Source: Acidimicrobiia bacterium | GTDB lineage: Bacteria > Actinomycetota > Acidimicrobiia > Spongiisociales > JAENVV01 | DNA: 64,000 nucleotides | Assembly: GCA_041635475.1 (NCBI GenBank) | Contig: JBFKVA010000001.1 | Location: 64,794 to 128,793 of the forward strand | Direction of reading: 5' to 3' | In this document: one piece after another, positions 1 through 9,507 of the stretch | How the letters are laid out: every line of letters begins with the position of its first letter | Position numbering within the stretch: position 1 is the stretch's first letter | Notes under the pieces: generated by a model | What the model was told of the DNA's origin: nothing | Database searches by the model: none | What the model saw: only the letters and a program-made list of their open reading frames with translations | Position numbers and translations under genes: made by a program

Positions 1-486
1 TCGGGACGTCATCTGGACCCGCCCGGCCCCGGCAAAGATGGTCCGCGAGATGAGGAACGGAATGAGCACGTCGAGGGTCGCCGCGAAATCGGTCGATCGG
101 CTCACGAGGTAGTTCTCGTGGCACCCGTAGGAGTTCCCGGCGGAATCCGTGTTGTTCTTGAACAGGTAGACCTCCCCCCGAATCCCCTCCTCCAGGAGGC
201 GGCGCTCCGCCGACCGCACGAGATCCCGCAGGATCCACTCCCCTGCCTTGTCGTGGGCGACGAGGTCGAGGAGATCGTCACACTCGGCGGTGGCGTACTC
301 GGGATGGGATCCGACGTCGAGGTAGAGACGGGACCCGTTCTCGAGGAAGACGTTCGAGGACCGCCCCCAGGTCACCACGCGCCGGAACAAGTACCTGGCC
401 ACCTCATCCGGGCTGAGTCGGCGTTGCCCCTGGAAGGTGCACGTGACACCGAACTCGCTTTCCAGGCCGAAGACGCGTCGCCTCAT
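1..486 (-). CDS. pafA: Pup--protein ligase PafA, N-terminal part (gene runs off window start)
   Basis: Manual minus-strand translation from ATG at ~486: [70 protein letters not shown]...[21 protein letters not shown]. This is the canonical PafA/Dop-family N-terminus without the Dop-specific insertion, and it lies downstream of the proteasome genes. Confidence 0.8.
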   Translation of the reverse strand, partial: MRRRVFGLESEFGVTCTFQGQRRLSPDEVARYLFRRVVTWGRSSNVFLENGSRLYLDVGSHPEYATAECDDLLDLVAHDKAGEWILRDLVRSAERRLLEEGIRGEVYLFKNNTDSAGNSYGCHENYLVSRSTDFAATLDVLIPFLISRTIFAGAGRVQMTSR

Positions 487-514
487 GTGAGGAGCGTACC
501 GGGCGCTGCGAGAG

Positions 515-1309
515 CTACGCGGGAGGGGCGGCCAGCCGGCGCTGGGCCGCGGTCGGCGGGGCACTCGCCGGCATCATGACCGGCGTGATGGAGACCACCT
601 CGTCGTGGGCAGCCTCCACGTCCGATCCTTCCAGCGGCCCCCGCGCCACGAGCTTGCCGTCGTAGGAGTGGATGAACTCGCCGTCGCCGTTGGCGACAAG
701 CAAGCTGCCGTATCCCGTTCGAGCCACCGTGGTGAGGCGCCGCTCGGTGCCGTGGCCGGCATCGAAGGGGAGGTTGACGTTGACGATGTCGGCGGACTCG
801 TGGAGGCCGACGGCCACGATCTCGTCGAGGAGCCAGGCGCAGTACTCGGCGAGGCGCCGCCATGCGGTGGCCGACGAGGTCGCGTGGACGCGCGCTCTCC
901 ACCCCGGCCAGTCGACCATCGTCCCGGTGCTGAAGGCGACAGCCGGCAGGCCCAACGCCCAGGCCTCAACCGCGGCTCCGACGGTTCCCGACGACCACAG
1001 GTACCCGGCGCCGTGGTTGTAGCCGACGTTGATGCCGCTCACCACCAGTGACGGCGGATCGGCAGCCAGCGGCCCGGCACCGAGTTGTACCCCGTCGGCC
1101 GGGAGGCCGGTGTGGGCCCACCCGTACAAGCCGCCGTCGAGGGCACGGGCTTCGAGCGTCCCGAAGCGGGTGATCGCCTTCCCCGACCAGCTCCGCTCCC
1201 GCTCGGGCACGATCACCCTCACGTCGTGGCGGACGCTCAGCGCCGCCGCGAAGGGGTGGAGGGCGGGGCTGTCAAGGCCGTCGTCGTTGGTGAGGAGAAC
1301 CCAGCTCAC
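515..1309 (-). CDS. surE: 5'/3'-nucleotidase SurE
   Basis: ORF 515..1372(-) contains [12 protein letters not shown]...GINVGYN SurE motifs. Likely GTG start at ~1309, overlapping the prcA stop (GTGA). Confidence 0.75.
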   Translation of the reverse strand: MSWVLLTNDDGLDSPALHPFAAALSVRHDVRVIVPERERSWSGKAITRFGTLEARALDGGLYGWAHTGLPADGVQLGAGPLAADPPSLVVSGINVGYNHGAGYLWSSGTVGAAVEAWALGLPAVAFSTGTMVDWPGWRARVHATSSATAWRRLAEYCAWLLDEIVAVGLHESADIVNVNLPFDAGHGTERRLTTVARTGYGSLLVANGDGEFIHSYDGKLVARGPLEGSDVEAAHDEVVSITPVMMPASAPPTAAQRRLAAPPA

Positions 1310-1959
1310 GGCACCGGGAGACGCCGGAAGGTCCGACGGTCGCCGTTGCGCTCGAGGACAGCAGCCTCCCACGAGTCGACCTCGCGGTCGATGGCCTCAC
1401 CGAACACGGACACCGTGAAGGCGAGGGCGGCGTCGAGGTCCCGACCTTCCTCGAATCCCGCTGCGAGTGCACCGGCCAGCTCGTCGGATGGACCGCCGAT
1501 CGCCGCGAAGCGGCGTTCCTCGACCAGCGTGCCGTCGTAGGACACCCGATACAGCCGGTCGCCGGCCGAGTCCGGGCCCAGCTCGGCCACGAGCACCTCC
1601 ACCTCGAACGGCTTGACGTCGTGGGTGAAGATGTTCCCGAGCGTCTGGGCGAACGCGTTGGCGAGCGCCTTGGCCTGGACATCTGCCCGGCCGTAGAGAT
1701 AGCCCTTGAGGTCGGCGTGCCGGATCCCGGCCACACGCAACGATTCGAACTCGTTGTACCGGCCCACCCCGGCAAAGGCGATCCGATCGTAGATCTCGGC
1801 GATCTTGTGCAGCGTGGTGGAGGGGTTCTCTGCCACGAGCAGGATCCCGTTGTCGTACTGGGTGGCCACGATCGCCCGACCGCGCGCAATGCCTTTCCGG
1901 GCGAACTCTGCCCGGTCCTTGACCAGCTGCTCGGGGGGGACGTAGAAGGGAAGTGTCAT
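1306..1959 (-). CDS. prcA: proteasome subunit alpha
   Basis: 217-aa ORF MTLPFYVPPEQLVKDRAEFARKGIARGRAIVA...YDNGILLVAENPS, typical actinobacterial PrcA. Overlaps prcB by 4 nt. Confidence 0.9.
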   Translation of the reverse strand: MTLPFYVPPEQLVKDRAEFARKGIARGRAIVATQYDNGILLVAENPSTTLHKIAEIYDRIAFAGVGRYNEFESLRVAGIRHADLKGYLYGRADVQAKALANAFAQTLGNIFTHDVKPFEVEVLVAELGPDSAGDRLYRVSYDGTLVEERRFAAIGGPSDELAGALAAGFEEGRDLDAALAFTVSVFGEAIDREVDSWEAAVLERNGDRRTFRRLPVP

Positions 1960-2744
1960 CGGACCACCGTGGTGCGGGCGACCCGGGCGATCGTCTCGAC
2001 ATCTTCGTCGGGGATCTCCCGGTATCCGTCGGCATCGACGACCACCACCATGGGCATGATGGACCTGTCGAAGTCCGGGCCGGAGGTGGCGACATCCTGT
2101 TCGGCGGCCGCGATGAGGGCTCGGAGGCCGAGGTCGATCGCCGCGTCGGCGGTGAGGCCGGTGTCGTAGGCGGCCCGAAGGTACGACTTGGCCTCCCGGC
2201 CCCCGGACCCGGTCGCCCCGAAGGCGGTCTCTTCGTAGCGGCCGCCAACGACGTCGAACGTGAAGAGCCGTCCCTCGGCGGATCGAACGTCGTAGCCGGC
2301 GAACAGGGGAACCACGACGAGGCCTTGCATGGCCATCGGTAGCGCGCTCCGAACCATCCGGGAAAGGTAGTTGGCTTTCCCTTCGAGGCTGAGCCGGGTT
2401 CCCTCGAGCTTTTCGTAGTGCTCGAGTTCGGTCTGGAACAGGCGCACCATCTCCACGGCCAGGCCGGCCGTCCCCGAAACGGCCACCGCCGCGTAGTCGT
2501 CGGCTGCGAAGACTTTGCGCATGCGACGATTGGCCACCGACGATCCTTCCGTCGCCTGCCGATCGCCGATGATGACGACGCCCCCGGCGTGGCGTAGCGC
2601 CAGGACGGTGGTCGCCTCAGGGGCGGGCAGGGTGGTGGTGTCCCCGATCACGCCGACGAGTCGGCCGCCGTGGCCGGTTGCGGCGAGGAGCTCGGTGAAT
2701 CCCCCGGTGGTGTGTCCGGCGAGGCGCCTCAGGTCGTCGATCAT
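1956..2744 (-). CDS. prcB: proteasome subunit beta (with propeptide)
   Basis: 262-aa ORF with a propeptide followed by the catalytic Thr motif ...EATTVLALRHAGGVVIIGDRQAT. Start ATG overlaps the pup stop. Confidence 0.9.
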   Translation of the reverse strand: MIDDLRRLAGHTTGGFTELLAATGHGGRLVGVIGDTTTLPAPEATTVLALRHAGGVVIIGDRQATEGSSVANRRMRKVFAADDYAAVAVSGTAGLAVEMVRLFQTELEHYEKLEGTRLSLEGKANYLSRMVRSALPMAMQGLVVVPLFAGYDVRSAEGRLFTFDVVGGRYEETAFGATGSGGREAKSYLRAAYDTGLTADAAIDLGLRALIAAAEQDVATSGPDFDRSIMPMVVVVDADGYREIPDEDVETIARVARTTVVR

Positions 2745-2917
2745 TGCCCGCCCTTCTGGACGTAGTTGCGGACGAACTCCTCGGCGTTCTCCTCCAGGAC
2801 GGAGTCGATCTCATCGAGCAGTTCGTCGATCTCCTCGACCTGGCTCTGGATGGAGACGGTCTCGGACGACTCCTCTTCGGTTGATCGGGATCGCTGGATT
2901 CGTTCGCGGTCACTCAT
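2741..2917 (-). CDS. pup: prokaryotic ubiquitin-like protein Pup (58 aa)
   Basis: Not in the ORF track (<60 aa). Manual translation of the minus strand gives MSDRERIQRSRSTEEESSETVSIQSQVEEIDELLDEIDSVLEENAEEFVRNYVQKGGQ*. It has the C-terminal GGQ and acidic helix typical of Pup, and sits between dop and prcB. Its ATG overlaps the dop TGA (ATGA) and its TGA overlaps the prcB ATG. Confidence 0.85.
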   Translation of the reverse strand: MSDRERIQRSRSTEEESSETVSIQSQVEEIDELLDEIDSVLEENAEEFVRNYVQKGGQ

Positions 2918-4383
2918 TCGGCACCTCGCAGCGCTTCGAGCAAAGTGTTGACATCGTCTGCTTCGTCCAAGAGGTCCCCGACGTGGGCCCGGGTCCCCCT
3001 CAGCGGGTCAAGCATAGGCACCCGCTTGTAATGCCCCTGTTGGTCGTCGAAGATCATGGAGTCCCAGTTGGCCGAGACGAGGTCTCGGCCGAACTTCTCG
3101 ACGCACCGGCCCCGGAAGTACGCCCGGGTCGTCTCGGGCGGCGCCACCACCGCGGCCCGTACCTGCTCGGCGCTGAAGAGGCGCTGCATGGCGCCCTTGC
3201 CCACGAGACGCTGGTAGATGCCCCGGTCGTTGCGCAGGTCGTGGTATTGGAGGTCCATCGTCTTGATCCGGGCGTCGCTCCAGTCCGCTCCCCGCTCGAT
3301 GGCTCGCCGGTACAGGCGCAGCTTGGCTGCCCAGTCGAGGCGGTCGGCGACGTGATCCGGGCCCTGCTCGAGTCCCTCCAGCAGCGACGTCCAGGCCTCC
3401 AGCAACCCGCCGGCCCAGGCCAGGTCCGCGTGCTGGGCGTAGTCGGAGAGCCAGCGGTGGTACTGCCACTGCATGTCGAGCGCCGTGAGCTTCCTCCCAT
3501 CCGCCAACAGGAGGGGCTTGGCCAGGCCTGTGTCGCGGCTCACGTGCCGGGCGGCACCCACCGGGTGGGCCAGGGCGAGGTCGTCGGACAGGACACCATC
3601 CTCCAAGGCCGCCAGGAAGAGCGCCAGGCAGCCGAGTTTCACGTAGGTCTGCACCTCCGACCTCGTCGCATCGCCGAAGATGACATGCAGGCGTCGGTAG
3701 CGGTTGTCGGCGTGGGGCTCGTCGCGCGTGTTGACGATGGGACGTTTGAGGGTCGTCTCGAGCCCGACGACAACCTCGAAGAAGTCCGCCCGTTGCGTCA
3801 GCTGGAAGCCGATGTCGCCGTGCCCCGCCTCTCCACCCACCTTTCCACCACCCGAAATGAGCTGACGGGAGACGAGGAAGGCCGGGAGAGCCTCGACGAT
3901 GCGCTCGAACGGAAGGGACCGGGCAAGAAGGACGTTCTCGTGGTAGCCGTAGCTGTTGCCCTTGCCGTCGGAGTTGTTCTTGTAGAGGGCGAGTTCCTCA
4001 CCTTCCCGGAGCAGCTCCTGGGCGGAGGCCATCGCAATCCGGCAGACCTCTTCGCCGGCCACGTCGTAGAGCGCGGCGGTGAGTGGGTCGTCTGCTTCCG
4101 GGGAGCTGTACTCGGGGTGGGCGTGGTCGACGTAGAACCGAGCCCCGTTGCTCAGGACCGTGTTCACCGCAGCCGCCTCGTAGTCGGGTTGGAAGGCTTC
4201 GATGATGGTCTCGCGGGCGTCCCGCCGCGGGTGCTCGGTGTCGTACGACCACGAGAAGCGTCCTCGCGCCTGGCTCACCGAGTTGACGACGAGTGCCGAG
4301 GCCAGGGAGGGATTGAAGTCGATGGCGTTGCGGATGTGGATCCCGAACTCGGTTTCCGTACCGAGCACCTTCGGGATGGCCAT
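2914..4383 (-). CDS. dop: Pup deamidase/depupylase Dop
   Basis: 489-aa [22 protein letters not shown]...with the long Dop-specific insertion loop. Position is immediately upstream of pup. Confidence 0.85.
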   Translation of the reverse strand: MAIPKVLGTETEFGIHIRNAIDFNPSLASALVVNSVSQARGRFSWSYDTEHPRRDARETIIEAFQPDYEAAAVNTVLSNGARFYVDHAHPEYSSPEADDPLTAALYDVAGEEVCRIAMASAQELLREGEELALYKNNSDGKGNSYGYHENVLLARSLPFERIVEALPAFLVSRQLISGGGKVGGEAGHGDIGFQLTQRADFFEVVVGLETTLKRPIVNTRDEPHADNRYRRLHVIFGDATRSEVQTYVKLGCLALFLAALEDGVLSDDLALAHPVGAARHVSRDTGLAKPLLLADGRKLTALDMQWQYHRWLSDYAQHADLAWAGGLLEAWTSLLEGLEQGPDHVADRLDWAAKLRLYRRAIERGADWSDARIKTMDLQYHDLRNDRGIYQRLVGKGAMQRLFSAEQVRAAVVAPPETTRAYFRGRCVEKFGRDLVSANWDSMIFDDQQGHYKRVPMLDPLRGTRAHVGDLLDEADDVNTLLEALRGAE

Positions 4384-6089
4384 CAGAGGTAGTGGCCGGT
4401 TTGCACCGTTTCGACCGTACGCTGTTCCTCAGCCCTCCCACCGGCAACGGTGCGCACATACGCGATTCGCTCGCCCTTCCTCCCGGAGACCTTGGCCCAG
4501 TCATCGGGGTTGGTGGTGTTCGGGAGGTCCTCGTGCTCGGTGAACTCCTGGCGCACCGAGTCGGTGAGGTCCTCGGTGGTGATTCCGCCGTCGCCGCCGT
4601 CCAGGAGGCGCTTGATGGCGTTCTTCTTGGCCCGTCGAACGATGTTCTCGATCATCGCTCCCGAGGCGAAGTCCTTGAAGTAAAGGAGCTCCCGGTCACC
4701 CCCGGCGTAGGTGACCTCGATGAACTCATTGACGGGACTCTTGGCGTACATGCGCTCGACGACGTCCGCGATCCGGGCCTGGCGATGTTCGGCCTCCTCA
4801 CCGAACTGGTCGGTGTTGAACGGTAGGGAGGCGGGCAGGTAGATGGAGAAGATCTGGCGGGCCGCCTCCTCGTCGGGCCGGCTCACCTTGATTTTCACGT
4901 CGAGGCGTCCGGGCCGCAGGATGGCAGGGTCGATGAGGTCCTCGCGGTTGGAGGCCCCGATGACGATGACGTTCTTGAGGGCCTCCACCCCGTCGAGCTC
5001 CGACAAGAGCTGTGGGACGATGGTCGACTCGACATCCGAGGAGATCCCGGTGCCGCGGGTCCGGAAGAGGCTGTCCATCTCGTCGAAGAACACGATCACC
5101 GGCACGCCCTCCTCGGACTTCTCGCTCGCCCGCTGGAAGATGAGGCGGATCTGCCGTTCGGTCTCACCCACGTACTTGTTGAGGAGTTCCGGCCCCTTGA
5201 TGTTGAGGAAGTAGGAGCGGGCGTCCGTGTCGCCCGTCCGCTCCCTCACTGCGGCGGCCAGCGAACTCGCCACGGCCTTGGCGATGAGCGTCTTGCCGCA
5301 GCCGGGGGGCCCGTACAGGAGCACGCCCTTGGGCGCTTCGAGGGCGTAGTCGTCGAACAGGCTCTTGTGCACGTACGGCAGTTCGATGGCGTCCCGAATC
5401 GCCGTGATCTGGTCGGCCAACCCGCCGATGTCGTCGTAGCCGACGTCGGGCACCTCCTCCAGGACGAGTTCGTCCACGTCGGGGCGCGGGACCTTCTCGA
5501 GGGCGACCGATGACTTCCCATCGATGCGAACATGGTCGCCGACCCGCACGGGGACACCGGCGAGGGCACCGGAGATGAACACGACCCGTTCGTCGTCACC
5601 CCGCCCGAGGACGAGAAGTCGGTCCTCGTCGAGCCGGTCCTTGACGGTCACGACATCGCCCAAGCGGTCGTACTCGAGCACTCGCACGATGTTGAACGCC
5701 TCGTTGAGGAGAAGGTCCTGCCCCGGCTTGAGTTCCTTGACCTCGATCGAAGGTTGGGCGCTCACCCGCAGGCGCCGCCCACCGGTGAGCACGTCGACAC
5801 CGCCATCGTCTGCGACGCCGAGCACGATTCCGAAGGCGGACGGGGGGGCGGTGAGCCGATCCACCTCTGACCGGAGGAGTGCCAGCTGCTCCCGGGCCTC
5901 CTGGAGCAGGGACGCCAGCTTGTCGTTGCGATCGCGCAGGCGGTCCACCATGTCCTCGGCGTCGGACAGCTGTCGTTCGAACACGCGACGGTCGGGCGTC
6001 GTCGACAGCGCGTGGCGGAGCCGGGCGAGCTCGTCCTCGAGTCGCTGGATCTTCGCCTGGGCGAGCGGGTCGCCGTCGTCTCGTTCCAC
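4383..6089 (-). CDS. arc: proteasome-associated AAA ATPase ARC/Mpa
   Basis: 568-aa ORF with an N-terminal coiled coil, Walker A GPPGCGKT, and C-terminal ...GHYL (GQYL-like proteasome docking motif). Confidence 0.9.
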   Translation of the reverse strand: MERDDGDPLAQAKIQRLEDELARLRHALSTTPDRRVFERQLSDAEDMVDRLRDRNDKLASLLQEAREQLALLRSEVDRLTAPPSAFGIVLGVADDGGVDVLTGGRRLRVSAQPSIEVKELKPGQDLLLNEAFNIVRVLEYDRLGDVVTVKDRLDEDRLLVLGRGDDERVVFISGALAGVPVRVGDHVRIDGKSSVALEKVPRPDVDELVLEEVPDVGYDDIGGLADQITAIRDAIELPYVHKSLFDDYALEAPKGVLLYGPPGCGKTLIAKAVASSLAAAVRERTGDTDARSYFLNIKGPELLNKYVGETERQIRLIFQRASEKSEEGVPVIVFFDEMDSLFRTRGTGISSDVESTIVPQLLSELDGVEALKNVIVIGASNREDLIDPAILRPGRLDVKIKVSRPDEEAARQIFSIYLPASLPFNTDQFGEEAEHRQARIADVVERMYAKSPVNEFIEVTYAGGDRELLYFKDFASGAMIENIVRRAKKNAIKRLLDGGDGGITTEDLTDSVRQEFTEHEDLPNTTNPDDWAKVSGRKGERIAYVRTVAGGRAEEQRTVETVQTGHYL

Positions 6090-6162
6090 GGTCCTCTTCC
6101 TTGGTCAAGGCGCAGTATACGGGCGGGTCGGCTCGGGCACCCGGGGAATGAGTGCCCGGACG

Positions 6163-6198
6163 CGCCGAGTCCCCGGCCGGGAGACCGGGGACTCGGCG
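6163..6198 (-). terminator. perfect 14-bp stem hairpin downstream of ferredoxin / upstream of arc
   Basis: cgccgagtccccgg-ccgggaga-ccggggactcggcg. A second 7-bp hairpin (cgggcac...gtgcccg) lies at ~6133-6157. A TATACT -10-like box sits ~30 nt before the arc ATG. Confidence 0.4.
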
Positions 6199-6212
6199 AA
6201 GAGGTTGGGCAC

Positions 6213-6458
6213 CTACGGTTCGATGAAGATGCACTCCCCCGGGCACTCTTCGGCCGATTCGATGACGTCGGCTTCCATGCCGTCGGGGACCACGGCGAGA
6301 CCAGCGGCCCCCTGCGGGTTCCCGCTCGCTTCCGCGAAGACCCTGTCACCTTCTTTGACGTAGGCGAGACCGTCATCGAGGAGGACGAAGACATCGGGGG
6401 CGATCTCTTCGCACAGACCATCGCCGGTACAGAGATCCTGGTCGATCCAAACCTTCAT
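6213..6458 (-). CDS. ferredoxin (single-cluster Fe-S, FdxA-like)
   Basis: C-terminal 81 aa of ORF 6213..6920: MKVWIDQDLCTGDGLCEEIAPDVFVLLDDG...ECPGECIFIEP with CxxGxC...CP motifs. The upstream part of that long ORF overlaps trmI in another frame and is discarded. Confidence 0.7.
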   Translation of the reverse strand: MKVWIDQDLCTGDGLCEEIAPDVFVLLDDGLAYVKEGDRVFAEASGNPQGAAGLAVVPDGMEADVIESAEECPGECIFIEP

Positions 6459-6538
6459 CGTTTCTCCTGAATCGTTGCGCGAGCGGCAAGGATAGCCGAA
6501 CCCTGCTGGCGAGTGGAAGCGCCCCGGCGACCCCGGAC

Positions 6539-7348
6539 TCACTCCTCCTCGGGGCCGGCCTCGGCCATGCGGAGGTAGCGGCGACCGACGACGATGAACC
6601 CGGTGTGGGCCACCATGTCGTGGGTGGGGCGGACCGACCGTCCTTGGACGTGCCAGTCCCGATGGAGGACTTCGAACGCCGAGACATCGGAGAAGACTCC
6701 CGAGGACCGAAGCGTGTTCACCGATTGCTGGACCTGGGGCACCGTGGGAACGTAGGCACAGAGGATGGCGCCGCCCGGGAGCCGCTCGCCGACGGACTCG
6801 ATGACGGTCCAGGGCTCGGGGACATCGAGGACGACGCGTTCCGGCCCGGTCTCGGCGAGGACGTCGGTGACGTCTCCGGCCCTCATTTCGACGTATCCCG
6901 GGACCTCTCCGCCGAACCACGCCTCCAAGGAGGCGCGGGCCCCCGCCTGGTGGTCGTCGCGCAGTTCGACGGTGATGACGCGTCCCGTCGGGCCCACGGC
7001 ACGGGCCAGGGCCAGGGTCAGCGCCCCCGACCCGGTGCCGGCCTCAACGACGGTCATGCCGGCACCGATGTCGCCGTAGACGAGGATGGGGCCGATGTCC
7101 TTGGGGTAGACGACCTGGGCGCCCCTCTTCATCTTGAGGATGAAGTCGGCCAGGCGCGGTCGGAATGCCACGTACCTGGAGCCCCCGGTCGACTCGAACA
7201 TCTGGCCGTCCCCGGCCCCGATGATCGCGGCATGGGGAATGGTCCCGGCGTGGGTCGAGAACGTCCGGTCCGGGGTGAGCGTGAGCAGGAAGCGTCGGCC
7301 CTGCCGATCGATGAGGAGGCAGGCATCGCCGCGCTCGAACGTGCTCAC
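6539..7348 (-). CDS. trmI: tRNA (adenine58-N1)-methyltransferase TrmI
   Basis: 269-aa ORF with SAM-binding motif VVEAGTGSGALT. Rv2118c-like position next to arc, conserved in actinobacteria. Confidence 0.85.
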   Translation of the reverse strand: MSTFERGDACLLIDRQGRRFLLTLTPDRTFSTHAGTIPHAAIIGAGDGQMFESTGGSRYVAFRPRLADFILKMKRGAQVVYPKDIGPILVYGDIGAGMTVVEAGTGSGALTLALARAVGPTGRVITVELRDDHQAGARASLEAWFGGEVPGYVEMRAGDVTDVLAETGPERVVLDVPEPWTVIESVGERLPGGAILCAYVPTVPQVQQSVNTLRSSGVFSDVSAFEVLHRDWHVQGRSVRPTHDMVAHTGFIVVGRRYLRMAEAGPEEE

Positions 7349-7481
7349 GGGCCGAGGAGCGCCGCGATGGCGCCGACTCCGAGCGTGAGCACCATCCCGA
7401 TGACGAGGACGAGCACGACGGTCTTCACGAACTGCTGCTGGCGCATCGTCGCAGGGTACCCGGCCGGCACGGTAGGCCGAC

Positions 7482-7685
7482 CTAGATGTCCGGGTCGCGG
7501 TCCCGGAGCCTGATCGTCAACTCCTCGCCGGGCCGTAGTTCGTAGGCTCCCAGCAGCTCCCTCCGGCGCGGATGCCGGCGCAGCCACAGTGCCATCAGGG
7601 CCACCCCGGCTCCCAGGACGACCCCCGGCTCGCCGGAGCGGAGGCCGCGCCACACGCCGCGCCATGCCCGACCGGAGAGGTCCAT
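7482..7685 (-). CDS. small membrane protein (hypothetical)
   Basis: 67-aa ORF with a central TM segment VVLGAGVALMALWL. ATG overlaps the stop of the upstream small gene (TGATG). Confidence 0.35.
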   Translation of the reverse strand: MDLSGRAWRGVWRGLRSGEPGVVLGAGVALMALWLRRHPRRRELLGAYELRPGEELTIRLRDRDPDI

Positions 7686-7876
7686 CAGTCGCGGTAGACC
7701 TCGACGATGGCCCGCCGGGAGACACCCCGTCGCCGCCCCGTGACGAAGGCGACGAGGACCGCCAGGAGCACCAACCCGGCGACGATCATCATGCCTGTCT
7801 TGGCCTGGGCCCTCGTGTCGTCGAGGGTTGCGTCTATCTCAGCGGCCTTGGCCCTGAGCTCATCGATCGTTGCCAT
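7685..7876 (-). CDS. small membrane protein, DUF3618-like
   Basis: MATIDELRAKAAEIDATLDDTRAQAKTGMMIVAGLVLLAVLVAFVTGRRRG... Amphipathic N-terminus plus one TM. Sits between two other small membrane ORFs. Confidence 0.4.
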   Translation of the reverse strand: MATIDELRAKAAEIDATLDDTRAQAKTGMMIVAGLVLLAVLVAFVTGRRRGVSRRAIVEVYRD

Positions 7877-8168
7877 CACGTGTCGCCTTTCGCAGGAGCA
7901 GTCCAGCCACCATCGCCGCCAGGAGGCCCGTCCCCACGTAGCCCAGCGCCTGCCAGGTTTCGCCGTCCGGCAGCAGCATGAGCGCCAGGGCCAGGACTCC
8001 GGCGGCCAGGAGGACCCCGCCGACGGCGAACAGGATCCCGGCGCCGATCCCTTTGCCGGCGAACGCGCCGAGTTGCCGGGCAGGTTGGAGAATCTCCTCA
8101 TCGACGTACCGTTTGGAGAGGTCGACGAACTCCTTCGCCTGGTCGGGAAGCTCGCGTGGATCTGCCAT
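7860..8168 (-). CDS. phage-holin-family-like membrane protein (actinobacterial DUF1469/'holin-X' type)
   Basis: 102 aa, two TM segments (GILFAVGGVLLAAGVLALALML ... GLLAAMVAGLLL), charged termini. Confidence 0.5.
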   Translation of the reverse strand: MADPRELPDQAKEFVDLSKRYVDEEILQPARQLGAFAGKGIGAGILFAVGGVLLAAGVLALALMLLPDGETWQALGYVGTGLLAAMVAGLLLRKATRDGNDR

Positions 8169-8230
8169 GCCCGGAAGGCTACCTCGCTATCTTGTCTGGG
8201 CGGACGGCAGCCGATGGGAGCAGCACAACG

Positions 8231-9502
8231 ATGCATCGATCCGACCCCGGTGAGGCCAGCGCTGCTCGGTTCCGCTACCTGTGGTTCGGGCAGGCGGTCT
8301 CCCAACTCGGGGACTACGTCGCGTTGTTCGCCATCCCCTTCTACGTGTTCGATCAGATCACTGATGACCCGGCCTGGTTCGGTCGGATCTTCTTCGCCGA
8401 GACCATCCCGGCGGTGATCTTCGGGCTCTCGTCGGGCATCCTGCTGGACCGATGGCGACGCAAGCGGGTCATGATCGCCACCGACCTCATCCGAGCCGCA
8501 CTCTTCGCCGCCCTGGCCGCCCTCGCCGACGGTCGGGTTGAGGGCGGGGTGTGGGCCGTGGCGGTCCTGTCATTCCTGCTGGGAACCGCGGCGGCCGGCT
8601 TCACGTCGGCGCTCTACGCCTACGTCCCCGCCCTGGTCTCGCGGGCCGATCTCACCCAGGCGAACGCCCGGCTCCGGGTGACCCAACAGCTCTTCTTCAT
8701 CCTCGGGCCGGCCCTCAGCGGCGTCATCATCGCCGCGTTCGGATTCCCCCTTGCGTTCATGGTGAACGCCTCGACCTTCGTGATCTCAGCCCTCACGCTG
8801 CTGCCCCTCCCCCCCGACAGGGCGTCCGGTCAACCCGACCCCGGTGGGTACCGAAAGGGCACGATGGAAGGGATCAGGTTCATCTGGGAGCAACCGCTGC
8901 TGCGATACGTGACGATCGGGGCCTTCATGACCAACTTCCTCAACTCCTACGTCGAAGCCGTGCTCGTCCTGCTCAGCGACACGGTGTTCGGCGTGTCCGA
9001 CGCCCAGGGCATCTCGTACGTCTACGCCGCGTTCGGACTGGGCGGTGTCCTGGGTGCCCTCACCGCCAAGCGCGCGACGAAGCGGTTCGGACTCGGAAGG
9101 ACCTTCGTCCTGGGCATGTTCGTGTGGGGACTGGGCATCGAGGTCGCCACGTTCACGAGCGAGTACCTGGTGGCGCTCGCCGTCTTCGCGATCGCCGGGT
9201 TCGGCCTCCCCTGGGTGGTCGTCGCCCACACGACCACCCGCCAGGTCGTGACCCCGGCTCGCATCCTGGGCCGGGTCACCGCAGCCTCATCCGCGGTGGT
9301 CCTGGGTGCCCTGCCCATCGGGGCCCTGCTGCTCACGTCGATCGCCTCCGGGGCGGGGGTCGTCCTGGTGGCCCGGATCGTGCCCGCCCTCTTGCTGGCG
9401 ACCGGCGTCTACCTCGTGTTCACACCGCTGTGGCGCGAGAGCGACGAGACCATCGACCTCACCGCGCTCGAGGTCGACGCGCTGGCACCGGGCGCCGAGT
9501 AG
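8231..9502 (+). CDS. MFS transporter
   Basis: ORF 8156..9502 with 12 predicted TM segments and MFS-like loops. Start probably the M of MHRSDPGE.... Confidence 0.75.
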   Translation: MHRSDPGEASAARFRYLWFGQAVSQLGDYVALFAIPFYVFDQITDDPAWFGRIFFAETIPAVIFGLSSGILLDRWRRKRVMIATDLIRAALFAALAALADGRVEGGVWAVAVLSFLLGTAAAGFTSALYAYVPALVSRADLTQANARLRVTQQLFFILGPALSGVIIAAFGFPLAFMVNASTFVISALTLLPLPPDRASGQPDPGGYRKGTMEGIRFIWEQPLLRYVTIGAFMTNFLNSYVEAVLVLLSDTVFGVSDAQGISYVYAAFGLGGVLGALTAKRATKRFGLGRTFVLGMFVWGLGIEVATFTSEYLVALAVFAIAGFGLPWVVVAHTTTRQVVTPARILGRVTAASSAVVLGALPIGALLLTSIASGAGVVLVARIVPALLLATGVYLVFTPLWRESDETIDLTALEVDALAPGAE

Positions 9503-9507
9503 CCCGC

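Noticed and set aside
118-579. 153-aa plus-strand ORF at window start
   Set aside because: Antisense to the pafA N-terminus, whose minus-strand translation matches PafA.
6459-6920. N-terminal 154 aa of the listed 6213..6920 ORF
   Set aside because: Overlaps trmI in another frame. Only the C-terminal 81-aa ferredoxin with its own Met is credible.
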